Positions 27,875 through 34,900 of a DNA stretch of 64,000 bases are shown piece by piece. The stretch's first letter is position 1, and each line of letters starts with the position of its first letter. The position numbers and the translations under genes are program-made. Source of the stretch: an uncultured Bacillota bacterium (GTDB lineage: Bacteria > Bacillota_I > Bacilli_A > RFN20 > CAG-288); the NCBI GenBank assembly GCA_949290645.1, contig CASESG010000007.1:8103-72102 (forward strand), written 5' to 3'. A model generated the notes under the pieces. The model was not told where the DNA came from. It was given only the letters and a program-made list of their open reading frames with translations, and did no database searches.

Positions 27875-28660
27875 ATGCGATACTTTGTCGTTTCGGACAT
27901 CCATTCCTGTCACGATGAGCTTTTCTCGGCCCTCTTGGAGGCGGGGTATGATTCTTCAAGGGACGATCAGATTCTGATCGTCTGCGGCGACATCTTCGAT
28001 CGCGGGCCAAAGCCCATCGAGACCTTTCGTGCACTCCGAGAGATTCCAAGAGAACGGAGAATCCTGATCAAGGGAAACCATGAGGATCTTCTCGTTCGAG
28101 CCCTGGAAAGCGGAGACTTGACGGCAGCGGATCTGCAAAACGGAACGATCGAGACGATGCAGATCTTTTCCCGTCTTGAGGAAAGAATCCTGGATGGCTT
28201 GGCCTTGCGCTTTGCGATCGAGGAAAACTACGATCTTCTGGAGTGGCTGGAAGGCGACCAATGGCAGGATTGCTTCGAGATCGGTCCCTATCTTTTCGTC
28301 CACGCCGGCTTTCCGACCATGGCCATGACCGAGGAAGGAATCACGGAGGACTTCTCTTGGCGCCATCCTCAGGAGGGAGTTGCTCCCGACTGGAAATCCG
28401 CTCGCTGGGAGAATCCGTTGCTCTTCTCGAAATCCCGTTTCTTCCAGAGAGAGAAAGAGAGAGGGACGATCCTGGTCGCTGGCCATAGGCCAAACGATCG
28501 CTACTGGAAGGAAAAAGGAAAACAAGATATTTACTTCGATGACCATTTCATCGGTATGGATGGAGGTTGTCATTACTCTGGACAGATGAACGTCCTCGTC
28601 ATCGACGATTCGGACTGGAAAGCGATTCCGTTTCATTATCGAAAGGAGAGGACAGGATGA
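27875..28660 (+). CDS. Calcineurin-like metallophosphoesterase (PPP/ApaH-PrpE-like)
   Basis: Motifs VVSDIHSCHDE, CGDIFDRGP and IKGNHEDLL. It starts 3 nt after the NUDIX stop. Confidence 0.85.
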   Translation: MRYFVVSDIHSCHDELFSALLEAGYDSSRDDQILIVCGDIFDRGPKPIETFRALREIPRERRILIKGNHEDLLVRALESGDLTAADLQNGTIETMQIFSRLEERILDGLALRFAIEENYDLLEWLEGDQWQDCFEIGPYLFVHAGFPTMAMTEEGITEDFSWRHPQEGVAPDWKSARWENPLLFSKSRFFQREKERGTILVAGHRPNDRYWKEKGKQDIYFDDHFIGMDGGCHYSGQMNVLVIDDSDWKAIPFHYRKERTG

Positions 28661-29484
28661 TCGGCGCATTGATGGGAGACATGATTGGCTCTCCTTACGA
28701 ATGGGAGAACACCGACAGAAGGGACATTCCGATTCCAGGGACGGGCGAGCACATCACGGATGACAGCGTGATGACGATGGCCGTGACCAAAGCCCTTCTC
28801 GGTTCGTGCCACGAATCCTTGAAAAGCGACCCGCAGGGGTTCCAGCGCCGGTTGATTGAGGAGATGGTCGAGCTCTACCATCAGTATCCCGACGCCGGTT
28901 ATGGCGGGATGTTCGTCCAGTATCTACTCTCTGAGGAGAAAAGGCCCTATCATTCCTACGGGAATGGCTCGGCGATGCGCATCTCTCCGGTGGGATGGAT
29001 GGCCAAGGACGAGGAAGAAGTTCGAGGAGTCTCCGCTCTCTGCACCGAGATCACCCACGACCATCCGGAGGGGATGAAGGGGGCGGAGGCCGTTGCCCTT
29101 GCCATCTTCCTTTCCCGAAAGCGAGAGAGCCGTCAAGAGATTCAAAGAAGGATGGCCTCTTATTATCCGGAACTGAAAGACCCAGAGGAATATCTTCGCC
29201 AGGTACGTGGAATCTATGGGGATTGTTCCTGTCCGCATACCGTACCGTTGGCTCTTGCCTCTTTCCTTCTTTCCGTAGATGAAAAAGATGCTTTCTGTCT
29301 AGCAATCTCTTTGGGAGGAGATAGCGATACGATCGCATGTATGGCGGGCTCTGTTGCGGAGGCTTTCTATCATCCTCTTTCTTTCTCTCCTTTGGAGAAG
29401 GAATATCTTGAGAGAATCCCGGTCGATTTCAAAAAGGACATTTGTCTTTTTCACGAGAAATACGGCACTGGAAAAAAGCTGTGA
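28657..29484 (+). CDS. ADP-ribosylglycohydrolase family protein
   Basis: MIGALMGDMIGSPYEWEN...ITDDSVMTMA...GNGSAMRISPVGW...GGDSDTIACMAGSVAEAF. Start at ATG 28657, overlapping the preceding stop (ATGA). Confidence 0.85.
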   Translation: MIGALMGDMIGSPYEWENTDRRDIPIPGTGEHITDDSVMTMAVTKALLGSCHESLKSDPQGFQRRLIEEMVELYHQYPDAGYGGMFVQYLLSEEKRPYHSYGNGSAMRISPVGWMAKDEEEVRGVSALCTEITHDHPEGMKGAEAVALAIFLSRKRESRQEIQRRMASYYPELKDPEEYLRQVRGIYGDCSCPHTVPLALASFLLSVDEKDAFCLAISLGGDSDTIACMAGSVAEAFYHPLSFSPLEKEYLERIPVDFKKDICLFHEKYGTGKKL

Positions 29485-29529
29485 TTCCGCTTAATCTTGA
29501 TCTTGAAAAGGTCTTGACGACCTCTTCGA

Positions 29530-29802
29530 TTGTTGATTTCCCTCTTTTTTAATATCAGGAGGAATTGGACTCATGAAGAATTTGTTTCTTTTGTCGCTCC
29601 TTCTTTTCCCCAATCTCGACTCGGTTTTCTTGACCACGAGAGAGTCGTCTTCCACGTTTTGTCCTATGGAATTGTTTATCGTCCCTCGCAGAGCGCACCG
29701 GACATCATCGCCCATTCAACGTGGGCTTCACATCCGGGCAATTACTTTTTCTCATGCTCGGATGCTTGGGAATTTTACTATGTAACTAATGTTGGATATT
29801 AA
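29530..29802 (+). pseudogene. 3' remnant of a second cysteine peptidase gene (paralog of 21126..22130)
   Basis: The last ~57 codons read DHERVVFHVLSYGIVYRPSQSAPDIIAHSTWASHPGNYFFSCSDAWEFYYVTNVGY. They align with DVDHTVLVYGYVYRPYQVLPDLICRSTWTSAPGNYFFSPNHFFDYRYVTNVSH at the C-terminus of the intact peptidase. The catalytic Cys region and the N-terminal ~270 codons are absent. Confidence 0.75.
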
Positions 29803-29816
29803 GGATGATTGATTCA

Positions 29817-30362
29817 ATGAAAAAGACAGTATCACTCGCAGCAACTCTCTTTGCCATCTCTCTTGGCACGCTCTCCAGCTGTCATGCCCCGGTTCCTTAC
29901 GGAACGGACATCGACGTTGCGAAAAAGTGTGCGATTTCGATCTTTTCCTTCGATGAGGACGGAAAGGGATATTGCGTTCCCGTCACGGAGAAAGAAGACA
30001 AGGAAACGGTTCTGTCTCTGTATCAAGACAATCTTTCGGAAGCGAAGTATGACAAGGTCTCCGATGCGGAGGATAACATCTTCATGAACAAGGTCAACGT
30101 CTGGTTTGATCTAAGAGATCGTGGCGATGGCTTCATTTGGATCTTGGATTCGACAGACAAGGGGGAGACGACCTATTCCTTGACCTATCGTCATTATGAG
30201 TATGCGAACTTCCCGCTCTATGGCAGAATGACACGTCCGGGAACGGAGAGCTATCAGAAAATCGAGGAAATCTATCAAGAGGGATGCGTCGAGCTCAACG
30301 AAATCCGCACCTACATTCGACATACGGATCCGAACTATAACTTCTTCTACGTCAATCGCTGA
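29817..30362 (+). CDS. Lipoprotein, paralog of 22145..22672
   Basis: Lipobox in MKKTVSLAATLFAISLGTLSSC. Blocks shared with the other lipoprotein: ISI(F/Y), DE..G.CV, DNL, VWFD and G.GF.W. Confidence 0.75.
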   Translation: MKKTVSLAATLFAISLGTLSSCHAPVPYGTDIDVAKKCAISIFSFDEDGKGYCVPVTEKEDKETVLSLYQDNLSEAKYDKVSDAEDNIFMNKVNVWFDLRDRGDGFIWILDSTDKGETTYSLTYRHYEYANFPLYGRMTRPGTESYQKIEEIYQEGCVELNEIRTYIRHTDPNYNFFYVNR

Positions 30363-30370
30363 ACAAAGAG

Positions 30371-30406
30371 AGAGGTTGCCCGCAAATCATCGGGCAACCT
30401 CTTTTC
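30371..30406. terminator. Bidirectional rho-independent terminator between convergent genes
   Basis: Perfect 12-bp stem AGAGGTTGCCCG / CGGGCAACCTCT with an 8-nt loop. It is followed by TTTTC on the plus strand and by a T-rich run on the minus strand. Confidence 0.85.
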
Positions 30407-31294
30407 TCATGGATGGATTTTGTAGTGACAGCTTTTCGGAAGGTCGATGTCGACCGGACAAGTATCTTCGCTTCGGAAGTCGATGCCCTTGGGGTTGTAG
30501 ATGGACTGGGGAAGCTTTGTCAAAGTCCCTCTGGCGGTGGTTCTTTCAAAGGCCCGGTCTGTCCCAGGAAGGAAGGTGCAGTCCTCGAAGGCGAGGTTCT
30601 CGGAGCAGACGAAGGGCTGGGTCCCTTCGATGGTGCAGTTGCGGAAGGTGATGTCCTTGGCATACCAGGCGATGTACTCTCCCTTGAGATGGCAGTTGCT
30701 GACGGTGATGTCATGGCTGTGCCAGAAGGCATCCTTGGTATCCAGGAAGCTGTCCTCGATCGTGATGTCGCTGCAGTGCTGGAAGGAATACTTGCCGACC
30801 ATGTGGAGGTTCTTGATCGTTCCGTGATGGCATTCCAGGAAGGGATAGTAGGAGCGGAAACGGAAGTTGTCGATCGTGAAATTCCGAATCTGCCAGAAGG
30901 ATTCCGTTCCGGAGAGAGAGCTGTCCTCGATCGTGATGTTCTGGCATTCGCGCAGGGTCTTGGGGGAATTCATCCGACAGGAGACGAGTTTGGCATTTTG
31001 GACATACCACAGCGGTGCCCGGTCGAGCCTTGAGAAGGAGCAGTCCTCGACGTAGAGGTCCTTGTTCTCCCAGAAGGCATAGCGGGCATTGATCTTGCAG
31101 TTCAAGGCCGCGATCTTGTGACATTCCTTGACGGGACTTTCTCCTGGACCGTCAAACTGACAGTCGAGAAGGAGGAGATGTCTCTTGCGGAAGACTTCTC
31201 TCTCCTCGTTTCCGCGATAATCTTTCAGGACGTGAGTAAGGGAAAAGGAGCAGATTCTTTCGATTTCCTCAATCGTTCTTTGTTCTTTCTTCAT
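30407..31294 (-). CDS. Right-handed beta-helix repeat protein (DUF3737-like)
   Basis: Repeated ~22-aa units of the type ITIEDSxL, ITVSNCHLKGEY, ITFRNCTIEG and LAFEDCTF. AAGGAGAG RBS. The start overlaps the yitT 3' end by 26 nt. Confidence 0.6.
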   Translation of the reverse strand: MKKEQRTIEEIERICSFSLTHVLKDYRGNEEREVFRKRHLLLLDCQFDGPGESPVKECHKIAALNCKINARYAFWENKDLYVEDCSFSRLDRAPLWYVQNAKLVSCRMNSPKTLRECQNITIEDSSLSGTESFWQIRNFTIDNFRFRSYYPFLECHHGTIKNLHMVGKYSFQHCSDITIEDSFLDTKDAFWHSHDITVSNCHLKGEYIAWYAKDITFRNCTIEGTQPFVCSENLAFEDCTFLPGTDRAFERTTARGTLTKLPQSIYNPKGIDFRSEDTCPVDIDLPKSCHYKIHP

Positions 31295-32435
31295 TCTTCT
31301 CTCCTTGTTGCAGGAAGGGGACGCGTTTTCCGTGGATCAGGATCTGGTCGACCTCTTCCGGATCGAGCATGTCGGTGCTGGATGTCTTCTCTGTGAAGCC
31401 GAAGCCGAGGACTTCCTGGGCTTTCAGGACGGTCATGAAAGCCTTCGGGTCGATCATGTGGACGGCCTTCTCTAGGACGTTGTAGTCCCTTCGGTCGAAG
31501 CAGACCTCGATGACCATCGTGTCCAGACGGCTGTATCCGCCCTGGGCCTTGATGAGGGTCGTTCCTCTTTGGATGTTCTTGTTGATGTAGTCGTTGATCT
31601 CCACCCAGCGATGGGAGACGATGAGGGCGACATAGGACTTGTTCTTTCCGGAGAAGATCATGTCCAGGGTGACGGAGCACAAAATGGCGCCTCCGGCACC
31701 GATCATCGTCGCCAACAGGTTGCAGTCATTGGTGAAGAAGAAACCGGCCAGCATGATCAGGATGTCGCACATCAGGGAGGAGGTTCCGATCTTGATGCGG
31801 AAGTACTTGTGCATGGTGACGTTGATGATGTCCGTCCCGCCGCTTGATCCGCCGCCGATGAGGGCAAAGCCGATGCCCGCTCCCATGATGGCTCCTCCGA
31901 AGAGGGCCGAGACGAGATAGGCAATCGGTTCGAGATCCTCGGCGGATATTCTCAGGTCGGAATTGATGACGATTTCCTGGACCTCCCGGATGTCGAAGAC
32001 ATGGATCATCGCTCCGTTGACGTCAATCTGGACGTTCTCGATCAGGAAGGTGAAGAGCATGATGAAAAGCGGATTGAAGAGGGTGAAGACGAGGGTCTTG
32101 AGGGAATACTTGATTCCCAAGACGAACAGGCCGATGACAAAGACACCCCAGTTCAGGATCAGGATGTAGGTGTCGGCGTCCAAACCTCCCACGGTGTGCT
32201 CCAGGATGATGGCAATCGAGGCCAAGCCCCCGGAGATGACGTTCATCGGGACGGTGAAGAAGGCGGTTCCGATGGCGTAGATGAAGGCGCCGAAGATGAC
32301 ATAGAGGTTGTTCTTGAGCAAGGACTTCCACGTCTCGCCGGCGAATTCTTCCTTGAACTGACGGACGATGTGCGATGGGATAGAGCAGATCTTTTGCTTC
32401 AGAAGAGAGCCGAATTTCTTCTTGTCACTAGGCAT
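31269..32435 (-). CDS. YitT-family membrane protein (with C-terminal DUF2179-like domain)
   Basis: Multi-TM N-terminus ([33 protein letters not shown]) and a soluble C-terminus ([49 protein letters not shown]). Confidence 0.8.
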   Translation of the reverse strand: MPSDKKKFGSLLKQKICSIPSHIVRQFKEEFAGETWKSLLKNNLYVIFGAFIYAIGTAFFTVPMNVISGGLASIAIILEHTVGGLDADTYILILNWGVFVIGLFVLGIKYSLKTLVFTLFNPLFIMLFTFLIENVQIDVNGAMIHVFDIREVQEIVINSDLRISAEDLEPIAYLVSALFGGAIMGAGIGFALIGGGSSGGTDIINVTMHKYFRIKIGTSSLMCDILIMLAGFFFTNDCNLLATMIGAGGAILCSVTLDMIFSGKNKSYVALIVSHRWVEINDYINKNIQRGTTLIKAQGGYSRLDTMVIEVCFDRRDYNVLEKAVHMIDPKAFMTVLKAQEVLGFGFTEKTSSTDMLDPEEVDQILIHGKRVPFLQQGEKNEERTKND

Positions 32436-33519
32436 TTTTCTTCGCCTTCTGGCTCTGCATGAAGTCGTAACGCAAATAGGCGTCGATGAAGTTCTGGATG
32501 TTTCCGTCCATAACGTTCTGGACGTTGGCCTCGGAATAGTCCGTCCTCAGGTCCTTGACGAGGGTGTAGGGGCAGAAGACATAGGAGCGGATCTGGCTGG
32601 AGAAGGAGATGTCCTTCTTGACACCACCGATCTTGTCCATCTTCTCCTGTCTCTTCTTCTCCTCGAGCTGGAAGAGCTTGGAGCGGAGCATGTTCATGGC
32701 CATCTCCTTGTTCTGCATCTGGCTTCTCTCGACCTGGCAGGAGACGACGATCCCCGTCGGCTTGTGGGTGATGCGGACAGCCGACTCCGTCTTTCGATCT
32801 CCAAGTCCGCCGGATTGATTTCGATGTTGATGGAGTTGTCGAACTCGGGCATGACGTTGACGGAGGCGAAAGAGGTATGTCTTCCTCCGGATGCATCAAA
32901 CGGAGAAAAGCGGACAAGGCGGTGGACTCCGTTTTCGGAACGGAGGTTTCCGTAAGCCATCTTTCCTGTGATCAGCAGGGTTGCCGATGAGATTCCCGCT
33001 TCGTCTCCTTCAAGGATATCCAGAACCTTGAAGTTGAATCCGGCGATTTCGGCATAGCGTTCGTACATGCGAAGGAGCATGCTGGCCCAGTCGTGGGCTT
33101 CGGTTCCTCCTGCTCCGGGATGGAATTCGAGGATGGCGTTGTTGCTGTCATAGGGGCCACTGTAAAACAGGTTCTTTTGGAACTTCGTCATCTCCTTGTC
33201 CAGCTGGGCGATGGCGATCTCGCATTCCTTGTGGAGGTCTGCGTCGTCTTCCTCCTTCAGGTATTCCACATATTCCTGGATGGTGCTGAGTTTCTTTCCG
33301 AAGTCTTCCGATGTCTGGATCTTGTCATTGACTTCGCTCAGCCGGCGGTTGATTTCCTTTGCCAGTCCTTGGTCCTTCCAGAAACTTGGGTCGGCTGTCT
33401 TGGCGCTGAGCTCTTCGCTCTGATGGTGAAGGTCTTCGAGGTCAAAGACAGCCTCGCAAGTCGAGAAGTCGGTTTTCCAGCTCTTTGCTGAGGCTGTTGA
33501 GTTCCGAAATTTCTTTCAT
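32428..33519 (-). pseudogene. prfB: Peptide chain release factor 2: canonical programmed +1 frameshift, plus a 40-nt internal gap that removes the GGQ motif and shifts the frame
   Basis: ATG at 33519; codon 26 is in-frame TGA within CTT TGA C. The +1 frame joins ORF 32694..33269 (…ILEFHPGAGGTEAHDW…[11 protein letters not shown]…INPADLEI). At 32794/32793 the sequence jumps from GAGATCGA straight to AAGACGGAGTCGGCTGTCCGCATCACC ([17 protein letters not shown] in another frame). The C-terminal part is ORF 32428..32718. Confidence 0.9.
33441..33456 (-). promoter_or_regulatory. RF2 autoregulatory +1 frameshift site (SD-like GAGG, then CTT TGA C)
   Basis: Minus strand reads CGAGGCTGTCTTTGAC, with TGA at 33444-33442 as codon 26. 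This matches the well-known prfB recoding signal. Confidence 0.9.
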
Positions 33520-33642
33520 TGCTCGGCTCTCCTTTCATTTTTCGACGTCTTTTATTCTAACAGAATTTCTGCTCTTTTTGTTCCAGAACAAGAACAAACG
33601 GACGAGGAAAGAGAACAGGACTTCCTTTTCCTCGTCCTTCTG

Positions 33643-33672
33643 TTGACATCGTGTCGATTGAGAAACGATAAT
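33643..33672 (+). promoter_or_regulatory. Putative sigma-70 promoter (TTGACA-18-GATAAT) for the DUF362 gene
   Basis: TTGACA at 33643-33648 and GATAAT at 33667-33672, about 30 nt upstream of the start codon. Confidence 0.55.
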
Positions 33673-33703
33673 TCTTATCGAAGAAACTTCAAGGAGAATG
33701 AAG

Positions 33704-34711
33704 ATGGACAAGAGAATGATTGTGCCAGGAGTCGGCGGCGACCATTATGTTCCCTACGAGGAGAGGACCGGAGAGAAGTCGATCGTCTATTTCACAAGGG
33801 ACCTCTCGGCGGAAGGATTGTTGAAAATCTATGAACGAATCAATAAGAACTTGACCGGGAAGGTGGCCATCAAGCTCCACACGGGAGAGCCCCATGGACC
33901 CAACATCATCCCTCGTCCCTGGGTGAAAAACCTGATCGAGAAGGATCTTCCGGATGCGACCATCGTCGAGACCAACACCTACTATGAGGGAGGGCGCTAT
34001 ACGACCGCCCTTCATCGGGAGACCTTGAAGACCAACGGCTGGACTTTCTGCCCGGTCGACATCGTCGATGACGAGGGGACGACCCTGTTCCCGATCAAGG
34101 GCGGAAAGTGGTTCGAGGCCATGTCGGTCGGAAAGGGTCTGCTCAAGTACGATTCCCTCTTCGTCCTGACCCACTTCAAGGGACATACGCAGGGAGGCTT
34201 CGGTGGCTCGGCCAAGAACATCGGCATCGGCTGCGCAGACGGCAGGGTCGGAAAGGCCTGGATCCACACCACTCCGGGCTCGGCGGACATGTGGGACATC
34301 GCCAAGGAAGAGTTCATGGAGAGGATGATGGAATCGGCCAAGTCGGTCGTCGATCACTTCGCTTCCCACATCAGCTTCGTCAACGTCATGCGGAACATGT
34401 CCGTGTCCTGCGATTGCGAAGGAACGGCGGCGATGCCGGTCGTGACACCGAATGTCGGTATCCTGGCTTCCCTGGACATCCTGGCGGTCGATCAGGCCTG
34501 TGTCGACCTGGTCTTCGCCATGAAAGAGAAGGACAATCACGCCCTGGTCGAAAGGATGGTCACAAGACACGGTCTTCGCCAGCTCTCCTACATGAAGGAA
34601 CTCGGCATGGGAAACGACCTCTACCATCTGATCGACATCGACAACGGCGATGTCGAGATCTCCCAGAAGGATGCCGTCGCCCATGTCGTCCCCTTTGTGG
34701 AAGAAAAGTAA
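33704..34711 (+). CDS. DUF362-domain protein (uncharacterized Fe-S centre protein family)
   Basis: KLHTGEPHGPNIIRP, LTHFKGHTQGGFGGSAKNIGIGC, and a Cys cluster in MSVSCDCEG. Family assignment is from memory of COG2768/DUF362-like sequences. AGGAGA lies 6 nt upstream of ATG 33704. Confidence 0.6.
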   Translation: MDKRMIVPGVGGDHYVPYEERTGEKSIVYFTRDLSAEGLLKIYERINKNLTGKVAIKLHTGEPHGPNIIPRPWVKNLIEKDLPDATIVETNTYYEGGRYTTALHRETLKTNGWTFCPVDIVDDEGTTLFPIKGGKWFEAMSVGKGLLKYDSLFVLTHFKGHTQGGFGGSAKNIGIGCADGRVGKAWIHTTPGSADMWDIAKEEFMERMMESAKSVVDHFASHISFVNVMRNMSVSCDCEGTAAMPVVTPNVGILASLDILAVDQACVDLVFAMKEKDNHALVERMVTRHGLRQLSYMKELGMGNDLYHLIDIDNGDVEISQKDAVAHVVPFVEEK

Positions 34712-34722
34712 GGATTGATTTC

Positions 34723-34748
34723 GGCAGGAGCCAAGCTCCTGCCTTTTT
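34723..34748 (+). terminator. Rho-independent terminator of the DUF362 gene
   Basis: GGCAGGAGC caa GCTCCTGCC followed by TTTTT. Confidence 0.85.
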
Positions 34749-34864
34749 GTTCCCGAAAATTGGGAACATAGGAAGGACAAGCGGATTTCCACTCCAAAGC
34801 CTTCAATCCATAAATAAGTTGTTTTTCTTATGTTTGGGAGAAAACAGAAAGGATTATCAAGAAA

Positions 34865-34892
34865 GAAAAAAGGCCCTTCCTTGCGAAGGGCC
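34865..34892 (-). terminator. Rho-independent terminator of secA (also functional-looking on the plus strand)
   Basis: GGCCCTTC / GAAGGGCC stem immediately after the secA stop. It is flanked by an A-run and a T-run. Confidence 0.8.
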
Positions 34893-34900
34893 TTTTGAAT

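Noticed and set aside
26687-27913. N-terminal 409 codons of the 595-aa ORF 26126..27913(-)
   Set aside because: Only the last 186 codons are Pth. The upstream part overlaps rdgB in another frame and is antisense to the NUDIX gene. A GGGAGGAG RBS precedes the internal ATG at 26686.
32428-33519. Idea that RF2 loss signals TGA reassignment (genetic code 4 or 25)
   Set aside because: Long conserved genes contain no in-frame TGA. Many gene junctions use ATGA stop/start overlaps. The prfB autoregulatory CTT TGA C site is intact. TGA is therefore a stop codon here.
33599-33640. 11-bp inverted repeat GGACGAGGAAA / TTTCCTCGTCC in the prfB / DUF362 divergent region
   Set aside because: No U-run follows, so it is not a terminator. 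It abuts the -35 element and could be an operator, but I have no supporting evidence beyond the symmetry.
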